From assembly GCA_040399685.1 (NCBI GenBank), contig JBBART010000012.1, positions 52,673 through 116,672 on the forward strand: a DNA stretch of 64,000 nt. The letters run 5' to 3'. The position numbers and the translations under genes were made by a program. The notes under the pieces were generated by a model that was not told the DNA's origin, ran no database searches, and was given only the letters and a program-made list of their open reading frames with translations. The first letter of the stretch is position 1. Each line of letters opens with the position of its first letter. The DNA comes from Acetobacteraceae bacterium. GTDB taxonomy: Bacteria; Pseudomonadota; Alphaproteobacteria; Acetobacterales; Acetobacteraceae. Shown one piece after another: positions 30,936 to 40,624 of this stretch.

Positions 30936-32510
30936 ATGATCGACATTGCCCCCATCCGCCGCGCCCTTATCTCTGTTTCCGACAAGACCGGTCTGGTCGA
31001 TTTCGCCCGTGCGCTCGCCAGCCACGGCATCGAAATCCTGTCCACCGGCGGCTCTGCCCGGGCCCTGCGCGAGGCCGGCATCGCCGTGACGGAAGTGGCC
31101 GACCACACCGGCTTCCCGGAAATCCTGGATGGGCGGGTGAAAACCCTGGTGCCGCAGATCCATGGCGGCATCCTCGGCCGCCGCGACCTGCCCGAGCATC
31201 TGGCGCAGATGGCCGAACACAAGATCGCGCCGATCGACCTCGTGGCCGTGAACCTCTACCCGTTCGAAGCCACCGTCGCCGCCGGTGCCGCCTATGACGA
31301 TTGCGTCGAGAACATCGACATCGGCGGCCCGGCCATGATCCGCGCCGCCGCCAAGAACCACGATTTCGTCACCATTCTCACCGAGGCATCGCAGTATGCC
31401 GCGGTTCTGGCCGAACTGGCCGAGCATGGCGGCACGAAGCTTGCCACCCGCCGCAGGCTGGCGGGGGAGGCCTATGCCCGCACCTCCGCCTATGACAGCG
31501 CCATTTCCACTTGGTTCGCCGGCCAGCGCGACGAGACCTTCCCCGAGCGCATGACCTTGTCCGGCATCCGTCGCCAGACGCTGCGCTACGGCGAGAACCC
31601 GCATCAGGCAGCCGCGTTCTACGCCACCGGCACCCGCGCCGGCGTGGCCACCGCGCGCCAGGTGCAGGGCAAGGAATTGTCGTTCAACAACCTCAATGAC
31701 ACCGACGCCGCCTTCGAGTGCGTGGCCGAGTTCGACGGCCCGACCGTGGTGATCGTCAAGCACGCCAACCCGTGCGGCGTGGCATCGTCTGACACCCTCG
31801 CCAAGGCGTGGGATCTGGCGTTGCGCTGCGATCCGGTGTCGGCGTTTGGCGGCATCATCGCCGTCAACCGCACGCTGGACGCCGAGACGGCGGAGCGTAT
31901 CGCTGCCATCTTCTCCGAAGTGATCATCGCGCCGGACGCTACCGCCGAGGCCCAGGCCATCCTGTCGCGGAAAAAGAACCTGCGCCTGCTGCTGACCGGC
32001 GGCCTGCCGAACCCGGCCGAGCCCGGCATGTCCATCCGCACCATCGCCGGCGGTTTCCTGGCCCAGACCCGCGACGCCGGGCGCATCGCCCGCGCCGACC
32101 TGAAGGTGGTGACGCAGCGCGCCCCCACCGAGGCGGAACTGAATGATCTGCTGTTCGCATTCCGTGTCTGCAAGCACGTGAAGTCCAACGCCATCATCTA
32201 TGCCCACCACGCTGCCACCACCGGCATCGGCGCTGGCCAGATGAGCCGCGTCGATTCGGCGCGCATCGCCGCCTGGAAGGGTGCCGAGGCGGCCAAGCAG
32301 GAGGGCATCGCCACGCCGCTCACCTTGGGCAGTGTCGTGGCGTCCGACGCGTTCTTCCCGTTCGCAGATGGCTTGCAGGCGGCGATTTCGGCCGGGGCGA
32401 CAGCGGTGATCCAGCCCGGTGGCTCGATGCGGGATTCCGAGGTGATCGCGGCTGCCGACGAAGCCGGCATTGCGATGGTGCTGACCGGAATGCGCCACTT
32501 CCGCCATTGA
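30936..32510 (+). CDS. purH: bifunctional AICAR formyltransferase / IMP cyclohydrolase
   Basis: 524 aa with [19 protein letters not shown]-like [15 protein letters not shown], and the C-terminal GMRHFRH. Confidence 0.97.
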   Translation: MIDIAPIRRALISVSDKTGLVDFARALASHGIEILSTGGSARALREAGIAVTEVADHTGFPEILDGRVKTLVPQIHGGILGRRDLPEHLAQMAEHKIAPIDLVAVNLYPFEATVAAGAAYDDCVENIDIGGPAMIRAAAKNHDFVTILTEASQYAAVLAELAEHGGTKLATRRRLAGEAYARTSAYDSAISTWFAGQRDETFPERMTLSGIRRQTLRYGENPHQAAAFYATGTRAGVATARQVQGKELSFNNLNDTDAAFECVAEFDGPTVVIVKHANPCGVASSDTLAKAWDLALRCDPVSAFGGIIAVNRTLDAETAERIAAIFSEVIIAPDATAEAQAILSRKKNLRLLLTGGLPNPAEPGMSIRTIAGGFLAQTRDAGRIARADLKVVTQRAPTEAELNDLLFAFRVCKHVKSNAIIYAHHAATTGIGAGQMSRVDSARIAAWKGAEAAKQEGIATPLTLGSVVASDAFFPFADGLQAAISAGATAVIQPGGSMRDSEVIAAADEAGIAMVLTGMRHFRH

Positions 32511-32538
32511 GGAAGGGCGCACCGGCCAGCAAGCCGTT

Positions 32539-32712
32539 TCAGCTTTTCGCGGAGTGTTTCTTCGTGGGGGCTTTGGCGGTCTTGGTCGGGGCCTTTTTCT
32601 TCGTCTTCGCCTTGGCCGTGGCGGCTTCGGCAAGCGAGGCGGACAGGACAATCCCGGCTGCGGCGAGCAACGGGGATGCGAACAAAGCGCGGCGTGAAAG
32701 CATAGGATGCAT
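32539..32712 (-). CDS. small exported lysine-rich protein (hypothetical)
   Basis: 57 aa. Signal-like N-terminus [30 protein letters not shown], followed by [27 protein letters not shown]. Third-position GC is host-like. Confidence 0.5.
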   Translation of the reverse strand: MHPMLSRRALFASPLLAAAGIVLSASLAEAATAKAKTKKKAPTKTAKAPTKKHSAKS

Positions 32713-32818
32713 CTCCGATCTGGCTGAGAGCGCCCGCGAGAAAAAGCGCCCATAGATCTGAAATCTATGGCGCTTCGAACGTAGCCTTTGCAAGTCCGTA
32801 GAAGCCCTCAGGCTGCTG

Positions 32819-33238
32819 TTACAGCAGCCCCAGCGCCTGCAGCGAGCGGCGCATGGCCTCGGGGAATTCATCCGTTCCGGCTGCGGTCGATTGGTCCAGA
32901 TCCAACGGGGCGGCCTCGGCCGTCAGATAGCGCCAGCCCTGGAAGGCGCGAATGGGCGTGGCGGACACCGGCACCAGTTCCGGGTCCAGCACCAGACCGG
33001 CGCAGGCTCTGTCATCGTCCCAGGTGTCGTCCACGATATCGAGAATGCGCTGGCGCACGAGAACGGCGCCGGCAATCACCCAATAGATCGATCCGCCATC
33101 CGTGACCTCGGCGGTCCTGCGTGGAAAATTCCGGGTCTGGTGGCGCAAGGGCGGCCGAATGGCCAGTCGCGCCGCCTGCACGGTCTTGAGATGAGCGATG
33201 TCGCGAATACCAACGGCAAGCTTGACGATATGGAGCAT
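32819..33238 (-). CDS. DUF1489 family protein
   Basis: Starts MLHIVKLAVG, with RNFPRR and GGSIYWVI blocks typical of DUF1489. The ORF upstream of 33238 is not conserved-looking. Confidence 0.7.
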   Translation of the reverse strand: MLHIVKLAVGIRDIAHLKTVQAARLAIRPPLRHQTRNFPRRTAEVTDGGSIYWVIAGAVLVRQRILDIVDDTWDDDRACAGLVLDPELVPVSATPIRAFQGWRYLTAEAAPLDLDQSTAAGTDEFPEAMRRSLQALGLL

Positions 33239-33255
33239 GATGGCGATGTGCCCCC

Positions 33256-33690
33256 ATGGCGCACGCGAGACAAGGGAGAATGTCGATGCCTGATGGCAGC
33301 AATGGATTTGGACGCAGGCCTGAGAATATCCCGGCCCGTAACGTTCTGGGCGGCATACTTGAAACATGCTCACTCTCGCCGCTCACCGGCTTCACCCGCA
33401 GCGGCTGCTGCGACACGGGGCCGCAGGACCGTGGCAGCCACACCGTATGCGCCGTGGTGGACGCGGCGTTCCTCGCCTTCAGCGCGCGCGCTGGCAACGA
33501 TTTGTCAACGCCCATGCCGGAATATGGCTTTGCGGGGCTGAAGCCGGGCGATCGCTGGTGCCTGTGCGCACCGCGTTGGCATGAGGCGCTGGAGGCTGGT
33601 TTTGCACCGGCTGTGGTGCTGGAGGCCACGCATTTCGGCGCCTTGGAGCATTGCGGCCTGGACGACCTGAAAGCCCATGCTGTTTCCTGA
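33256..33690 (+). CDS. DUF2237 family protein
   Basis: NVLGGILETCS, GFTRSGCCDTGPQDRGSHTVCA and GDRWCLCAPRW blocks. Start is uncertain (33256, 33280 or 33286). Confidence 0.75.
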   Translation: MAHARQGRMSMPDGSNGFGRRPENIPARNVLGGILETCSLSPLTGFTRSGCCDTGPQDRGSHTVCAVVDAAFLAFSARAGNDLSTPMPEYGFAGLKPGDRWCLCAPRWHEALEAGFAPAVVLEATHFGALEHCGLDDLKAHAVS

Positions 33691-33805
33691 TGGACAAAAT
33701 ATTCCGTCTTTTTCGTGAAACGGGGCATTGATCTTGCGTCAAACGCAGGGCACCTTCGCGCTCTGTGCGGGGCTGTGCCCGCAATCCAGATTAGGAAGAC
33801 ACGCA

Positions 33806-34828
33806 ATGATGCGACTGACTCTCACCGGCGGGCTGCTCGCCACGGCGCTTCTGGCCGCAGCACCGGCTTATGCTCAGCCTTCCGGCTCGGCGACGCTTGA
33901 TGCCGTCAAGGCGCGCGGTCAGGTCATCTGCGGAATCGCCGGCGCGGTGCCGGGCTTCTCGCTGCCGGACAGCCAGGGCGTGATGCGCGGCATCGACGCC
34001 GACAGCTGCCGCAACGTGGCCGCCGCCGTGTTCGGCGACCCGAATAAAGTGAAGTTCGCCGTCACCACCACCCAGAATCGTTTCACAGCCCTGCAGTCGG
34101 GTGAAATCGATATGCTGGTGCGCTCGACCACCTGGACGTTGGGCCGTGAAGGCAGCCTCGGCCTGATGTTCGCGGGCGTGAACTATTACGACGGCACCGG
34201 CTTCCTGGTGAAGAAGACGCTGAACGTTAAGTCCGCCAAGGAAATGGACGGCGCCACCATCTGCGTGCAGCCAGGCACCAGCACCGAGCTGGCCATCAGC
34301 GACTATTACCGCGTCAACAACATGAAGTTCACCCCGATCCTGATTCAGGATCTGGCCGAAATTCAGAGCGCGTTCCTGTCCGGCCGTTGCGATGCCTACT
34401 CCACCGACAGCTCGTCGCTGGCCACGTTCCGCGCGACGCAGACCAACAAGGAAGATTTCCTGTTGCTGCCGGAGATCATCAGCAAGGAACCGCTGGGCTA
34501 CATGGTCCGCAAGGGCGACGACAAGTGGTTCGACATCGTGCGCTGGTCCTACTTCGCAACGGTCGCCGCTGAAGAATACGGCGTTGACAGCAAGAATGTC
34601 GACGAGATGACCAAGAGCACCAACCCCGACATTCGCCGCCTGCTTGGCGTCGAAGGCGATATGGGCAAGGCGCTCGCGCTGGACGCCAAGTGGGCGTACA
34701 ACATCATCAAGGGCGTCGGCAATTTCGGCGAGACCTGGGATCGCAACATCACGGTTCTGGGCGTGCCGCGCGGTATCAACAACATCTGGACCAAGGGCGG
34801 CCTGCACTACGCGCCGCCGATCCGTTGA
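33806..34828 (+). CDS. aapJ: general L-amino acid ABC transporter substrate-binding protein
   Basis: Signal MMRLTLTGGLLATALLAAAPAYA. AapJ/BztA-like sequence, first gene of the aapJQMP arrangement. An aggaag RBS precedes ATG 33806. Confidence 0.85.
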   Translation: MMRLTLTGGLLATALLAAAPAYAQPSGSATLDAVKARGQVICGIAGAVPGFSLPDSQGVMRGIDADSCRNVAAAVFGDPNKVKFAVTTTQNRFTALQSGEIDMLVRSTTWTLGREGSLGLMFAGVNYYDGTGFLVKKTLNVKSAKEMDGATICVQPGTSTELAISDYYRVNNMKFTPILIQDLAEIQSAFLSGRCDAYSTDSSSLATFRATQTNKEDFLLLPEIISKEPLGYMVRKGDDKWFDIVRWSYFATVAAEEYGVDSKNVDEMTKSTNPDIRRLLGVEGDMGKALALDAKWAYNIIKGVGNFGETWDRNITVLGVPRGINNIWTKGGLHYAPPIR

Positions 34829-34863
34829 TCACCTGAAACTGAGTACACTTGGCTGACCAAAAG

Positions 34864-34893
34864 GCCGTCCCGGAGCACCGGGGCGGCTTTTTT
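34864..34893 (+). terminator. intra-operon rho-independent terminator/attenuator after aapJ
   Basis: gccgtcccgg-agca-ccggggcggc followed by tttttt. Confidence 0.65.
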
Positions 34894-35037
34894 GTGGGCA
34901 GTTTTGTTTCAATGCAGCGGAGCGGGATTGATCTTCCGCTGTGAAATGAAGCACAATTCAGGCTTGCATGCCGCGCGCGCCTTTCGGCATAAGAATTGCT
35001 TGACCCGCCTTAAAATGATGCAGGAATAGATCGCACG

Positions 35038-36249
35038 ATGTCTGGCAGCACCACCGATCCGAGATTGGCGAACGCCCGTGCGGCCCCGAAGAAGGGGGTC
35101 TCAATCTCTTGGGCCGATCCCTTGTTCCGCAGCATCGTGTGGCAGGTCCTGATTGTGGGGCTGGTGGTTGCGGTTCTGTGGTATCTGATCGGCAACACCC
35201 GCAGAAACCTTGAGTTGCGGCACATTGCCACAGGCCTCGGATTTCTGAGCAGCACGGCCGGCATTCCCATCGCTGAAACCCTCATTCCGTATGATCCCGC
35301 GACCAGCACCTGGGGTCGTGCCGTGATGGAGGGCATCCTCAATACATTCAAGGTGGCCGTTGTCGGCATTGTGCTGTCGACGATTTTGGGCACCATCATT
35401 GGCATCGGGCGCCTGTCGAAGAACTGGCTCGTCTCCAAGGTGACGGGCTGCTACGTCGAGACGCTGCGCGACCTGCCGCTGCTGCTGCAGCTTTTGTTCT
35501 GGTACGGCATTCTCCAGGCCCTGCCTGCGCCCCGCGCCTCGATCAAGATGTTCGGCGTGGTGTTCCTCAACAATCGCGGCATGCGCCTGCCGTTGCTGGT
35601 CTGGCAGGACGCCCATTGGTGGACGCTGCTGGCCTTCGTGGTTGGCCTGTTCGGCACCATCGCCTGGAATCGGTCTGCCAACAAAACGCGCGACGAAACC
35701 GGCATCAAACCAAAAATCTGGCCGGCTGCTGTGGGATTGATGATCGGCCTGCCTGTGCTGGTCTGGGGGGCGCTTGGGGCGCCGTTCGCCATCGACTATC
35801 CAGGCCTGCGCGGTTTCAATTTCACCGGTGGTGGCGTTATCACGCCGGAGTATTTTGCGCTTCTGCTGGGCCTGACGCTCTACACCGCCGCCTATGTGGC
35901 GGAAATTGTTCGCTCCGGCATCCAGGCGGTGCCGAAGGGCCAGTGGGAAGCCGCCGGTGCGCTCGGGTTGCGGCCTGCTGCCGTGCTGAAGCAGATCGTA
36001 CTGCCCCAGGCCATGCGGGTGATCATTCCCCCGATGACCAGCCAGTTCCTCAACCTGACCAAGAACAGCTCGCTCGCGGTCGCTATCGGCTTTCAAGACA
36101 TCGTGTCCATCACCGGCACCATGCTTAATCAGACCGGCCAGGCGATTGAGGGCGTTGGCATCATGATGGCGGTGTTCCTGGCCTTCAGCCTGTCGATCAG
36201 CCTGTTCATGAACTGGTACAATGCGCGCATCGCGCTGGTGGAGCGCTGA
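35038..36249 (+). CDS. aapQ: amino acid ABC transporter permease
   Basis: 403 aa polytopic protein in the second position of the aap operon, with an EAAGALGL-type permease (EAA) loop. Confidence 0.85.
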   Translation: MSGSTTDPRLANARAAPKKGVSISWADPLFRSIVWQVLIVGLVVAVLWYLIGNTRRNLELRHIATGLGFLSSTAGIPIAETLIPYDPATSTWGRAVMEGILNTFKVAVVGIVLSTILGTIIGIGRLSKNWLVSKVTGCYVETLRDLPLLLQLLFWYGILQALPAPRASIKMFGVVFLNNRGMRLPLLVWQDAHWWTLLAFVVGLFGTIAWNRSANKTRDETGIKPKIWPAAVGLMIGLPVLVWGALGAPFAIDYPGLRGFNFTGGGVITPEYFALLLGLTLYTAAYVAEIVRSGIQAVPKGQWEAAGALGLRPAAVLKQIVLPQAMRVIIPPMTSQFLNLTKNSSLAVAIGFQDIVSITGTMLNQTGQAIEGVGIMMAVFLAFSLSISLFMNWYNARIALVER

Positions 36250-36253
36250 CATC

Positions 36254-37405
36254 ATGACCCCTCCGGCAACGACTGCCCTTGGCGCACACCCGGCCGCCCC
36301 CACGCGGGAGCGGCCGCCCGCCAGCGTATATGGCCCCATGGCCTGGATGCGCGCCAACCTGTTCAACGGCATTTTTTCGAGCCTCGTGACCATCGCGCTC
36401 GGCGTGGCTATTTTCTACGCTCTGGTGGGAATCGTTGAATGGGGCGTGATCAACGCGGTGTGGTCTGTGCCCACCACCGCCACTGGCGCACTCGATCCCA
36501 CCACGTGCCGTGCCGCCCGCGGCGTTGGCGCCTGCTGGGCCGCCATTGGCGACAAATGGCGCTTCATGCTGTTCGGCCGCTTTCCATATGCGCAGCAATG
36601 GCGCCCGGGCATCTGCATCCTGCTGTTTATCGGGCTGTTCTACGTGTCGTCGGATCGTCGTTTCTGGCGCAAGGAGATTGCGGCGATCTGGGCTGTGACG
36701 CTGGTGATGATCTTCAGCCTGATGTGGGGCGGTTTCCTGGGCCTTACTTTCGTGCCGCAGGATGAGTGGGGCGGCTTGGTTATCACCTTGATTCTGTCCA
36801 CGTTCGGCCTCGCTCTCGCGTTTCCGCTTTCGGTGCTGGTGGCCCTGGGGCGGCGCAGCACGAAGCTTCCGGCAGTGAAGATGCTGTGCGTTATCTATGT
36901 CGAACTGATCCGCGGCGTGCCGCTGGTGGCGGTGCTGTTCATGGCCAACGTCATGATGCCGTTGTTCATGCCAGAGGGCATCAACCTGGACAAATTGCTC
37001 CGGGCCCAGGTGGCGTTCATCCTGTTCGCGGCCGCTTATCTGGCCGAGGTTGTGCGTGGTGGGCTGATGGCGCTGCCGAGAGGCCAGGCCGAGGCCGCCG
37101 ACGCGCTGGGCTTGGCGTATTGGCAAAAGACAACCAAAATTCTGCTGCCGCAGGCCCTGCGGCTCGTGATTCCGCCTTTGGTAAACACCTTCATCGGTTT
37201 TTTCAAAGACACGTCGCTGGTGCTGACCATCGGCATTCTCGACCTGCTGACCTCCAGCAAAACCGCGATGGCGGACCCGATCTGGCAGGGCGTCGCCACC
37301 GAAATCTACATCGTGGTGGGTCTGATTTATTTCGTGTTCTGCTACACGATGAGTTCCTACAGCCGTGGCGTTGAGCGGAAGCTCAACCTCGCTCATAACC
37401 GCTAA
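36254..37405 (+). CDS. aapM: amino acid ABC transporter permease
   Basis: Polytopic protein with EAADALGL (EAA loop). Start at ATG 36254, just after the aapQ stop. Confidence 0.85.
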   Translation: MTPPATTALGAHPAAPTRERPPASVYGPMAWMRANLFNGIFSSLVTIALGVAIFYALVGIVEWGVINAVWSVPTTATGALDPTTCRAARGVGACWAAIGDKWRFMLFGRFPYAQQWRPGICILLFIGLFYVSSDRRFWRKEIAAIWAVTLVMIFSLMWGGFLGLTFVPQDEWGGLVITLILSTFGLALAFPLSVLVALGRRSTKLPAVKMLCVIYVELIRGVPLVAVLFMANVMMPLFMPEGINLDKLLRAQVAFILFAAAYLAEVVRGGLMALPRGQAEAADALGLAYWQKTTKILLPQALRLVIPPLVNTFIGFFKDTSLVLTIGILDLLTSSKTAMADPIWQGVATEIYIVVGLIYFVFCYTMSSYSRGVERKLNLAHNR

Positions 37406-37432
37406 AGCCGTTTCCGCTAACGAAAGTACCGA

Positions 37433-38188
<756 letters not shown>

Positions 38189-38609
38189 TGCGCGTCGGAT
38201 AGCCACCCCATAAATCCACCCTTAAGTCCGATGACTTCAGTGATCTGACGTCATCGGATTCCTGGGTGGTCTGTGCCCTTCTTGTCGCCTGACCAACGGT
38301 CGGCCATCCTCCGGGCTGAGCAAGCCCATCTGAAGACGTGTCGGTAGGCATGTCTGCCAGAGGCGCCGTGTGGAGCGACCCACGCCCCCCCCCATCGAAG
38401 CCAGCCTTCGTCCTCCTTGTTAACTATATGTTTATAGTTAAAGGCCATGTTTGCCAGACGTAAACCTGTCATCCGTTGCAGTAGTTTAAACAAAGGAAAA
38501 AATGTTTTTCAAAAAACGGAGGGGTCACATTTTGTTTATTAGATAAAACAAAAACCGGTACTTTTGAAATTGTGTTTCAAATTTCTGGTATTGCTCGGGA
38601 ATTCTGTCG

Positions 38610-39959
38610 ATGGTTGATCTAAGTGGCTTGAACGAGCGTATTAGTTTCCTTGGGATCGGAAAGGAACACCGGGCTGCGTTGCTCGCTTTTCGGCCTCATC
38701 TGCAGGGCGCTATGCCGGAAATTCTTGAAGGGTTTTATAATAAAATTCGAAAATCGCCACAGTTAATATCTATGTTTTCTGGCGAAGGTATGGTCAAAAA
38801 AGCCTCTGCTGCGCAGTCTAACCATTGGATTCTTCTGTTTTCTGGAAAATTTGATCAGGAATACCTGAATTCTGCCCAAAAAATTGGTGCTGTACATAGC
38901 AGGATTGGGCTTGCACCGCAGTATTACGTTGGTGGATACACGTATGTGTTGCAGGAGATCACAGCGCGGGCGATTGCTCTATCCGTCAATCGGTGGCAAC
39001 GCCATTCAGGAAAAGATGTGCTGACGACTTTGATCGCTGCCGTAAGTCAGGCTGTCACGCTCGACATGGAGTTGGGCATCACGATGTATCTTGATGAGAA
39101 CAAGGCATCTCAGGCAAAAACGCTTCAGAAGCTTGGTGGGGAATTTGAAGCCTCCGTTGGGCAGTTGGTGGCACTTATGGCTACTGGTTCCACGGAGTTG
39201 GAAGCAACGGCCCGCTCAATGGCGACCACAGCGGGGCAAACCAACGTGCAGGCGAGCGCCGTGAGCATCGCGGCGGAGCAGGCAGATATCGGGATCCAGA
39301 CCGTTGCGTCGGCCGCCGAGGAATTGTCTGCTTCGATCAGCGAGATCAGCAGGCAGGTTGCCCAGTCGGCCGGCATTACAAGCAAGGCAGTCAGCGATGC
39401 GGAGCGGACTGACGGCATTGTCCGCGCGCTGGCAGAGGAAGCCAACAAAATTGGCTATGTTGTCGGGGTGATCACCAACATCGCCAGCCAAACAAATCTT
39501 CTGGCGCTTAATGCGACAATCGAGGCGGCTCGCGCCGGAGATGCCGGCAAAGGCTTTGCTGTTGTGGCGTCGGAAGTGAAGCTCCTCGCCAACGAGACCG
39601 TCAAAGCGACAGAAGAGATCAAGGCTCAAATTACCCGGATGCAAGCGGCGACCCAGGAGGCTGTCAAAGCCATCAGCGGGATCAGTGAGACCATCGAGGA
39701 GGTCAGCGCGATTGCCACGTCAATTTCGTCCGCTGTCGAGGAGCAGGGCGCTGCGACGGCGGAGATAGCCCGCAGTGTGCAACAGACGGCCAATGCTGCA
39801 CAGGATGTCACCGCCAACATTGTTTTTGTCAGCCGCGCCGCCAATGAGACAGGCGAGGCGGCGGGGCAGGTTCTGGATGCGGCCGGCGGCCTATCGCAGC
39901 GCGCCGAGCAGTTGCAGACCGAGGTGGCCGGCTTTGTTGCGAACATACGGGCTGCTTAG
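38610..39959 (+). CDS. soluble globin-coupled methyl-accepting chemotaxis protein (HemAT-like)
   Basis: The N-terminal ~160 aa is protoglobin-like ([18 protein letters not shown] carries a candidate proximal His). No TM segments. The C-terminal MCP signalling hairpin reads [32 protein letters not shown]. Confidence 0.8.
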   Translation: MVDLSGLNERISFLGIGKEHRAALLAFRPHLQGAMPEILEGFYNKIRKSPQLISMFSGEGMVKKASAAQSNHWILLFSGKFDQEYLNSAQKIGAVHSRIGLAPQYYVGGYTYVLQEITARAIALSVNRWQRHSGKDVLTTLIAAVSQAVTLDMELGITMYLDENKASQAKTLQKLGGEFEASVGQLVALMATGSTELEATARSMATTAGQTNVQASAVSIAAEQADIGIQTVASAAEELSASISEISRQVAQSAGITSKAVSDAERTDGIVRALAEEANKIGYVVGVITNIASQTNLLALNATIEAARAGDAGKGFAVVASEVKLLANETVKATEEIKAQITRMQAATQEAVKAISGISETIEEVSAIATSISSAVEEQGAATAEIARSVQQTANAAQDVTANIVFVSRAANETGEAAGQVLDAAGGLSQRAEQLQTEVAGFVANIRAA

Positions 39960-40624
39960 CCAGGTTTTGCGCACCCTCGTTTCAAACGCAAAACACGCAG
40001 CAAGCCCAAAAGCCAAAGCCTGAATTGCAACGAACCATGCAATCAACTGCACGGTTGAACGCAGATCTATAACGCGCCGCCCCTCAAAATACGCAAGTGC
40101 GGGCGGCGCTGCAGCGGTGGCAGCACTCGGCGCAAATAATCCCGCCATGCATCCGGGGCCATCGTCGTCGTTCCCAGCAAATGAACGCCAATATCCTCGC
40201 GGGCAAGCGTTGCCGCGTCCACGTCCGGAAAAATCAGCGACGCGTTGAAGCATGGGGCGGCGTCAGTCTGGGACATCGGGTTTGCTCCGTGTGGCACAGT
40301 GGTCAATCTGTCAGCCATAACGTTGAGCCTCAGCTTATCTTCCGGGCTCTCGCAGGATTGTGAATCGCACCGCGATTTCTGCGTTCCAGCGGATGAAAAT
40401 AACGTCAACAAAACGAAAATCTAGTTCTGCCAAGTTGAAATCCTCGTGTACGGCGTTGGTTCCCGCTGTGGTCCCAGCTCTGGTCGTACCGATGTCAGGT
40501 TTCTGACCATTTTATGGATCTGAGGTACAGACACCCTTCTGTTAACGATCTGGCAATCCGTATGGAGCATGTATCACTGCATGAGACTGTTCCCACAAGC
40601 AGACCGATTTCAGGTGAATGATCT

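Noticed and set aside
29772-32753. 993-aa ORF on the minus strand
   Set aside because: It is antisense to the GT4 gene and purH, both of which have unambiguous motifs. It is an Arg/Gly-rich shadow ORF.
38227-38258. Long hairpin tccgatgacttcag-tgat-ctgacgtcatcgga after aapP
   Set aside because: It is a plausible transcript-end structure, but it is followed by only TT rather than a T-run. I did not annotate it as a terminator.
38563-38581. TTTGAAA-N5-TTTCAAA considered as an FNR/FixK box upstream of the O2-sensor-type MCP
   Set aside because: The FNR/FixK consensus is TTGAT-N4-ATCAA. Here the half-sites are TTGAA/TTCAA with 7-nt spacing between those cores, so it does not fit. It is kept only as a generic inverted repeat.
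40067-40411. 114-aa ORF (or 69 aa from ATG 40276) on the minus strand between the MCP and the EAL protein gene
   Set aside because: I could not recognise a family, RBS or motif. It may be a real small gene or a gene fragment, but the support is too weak to annotate.
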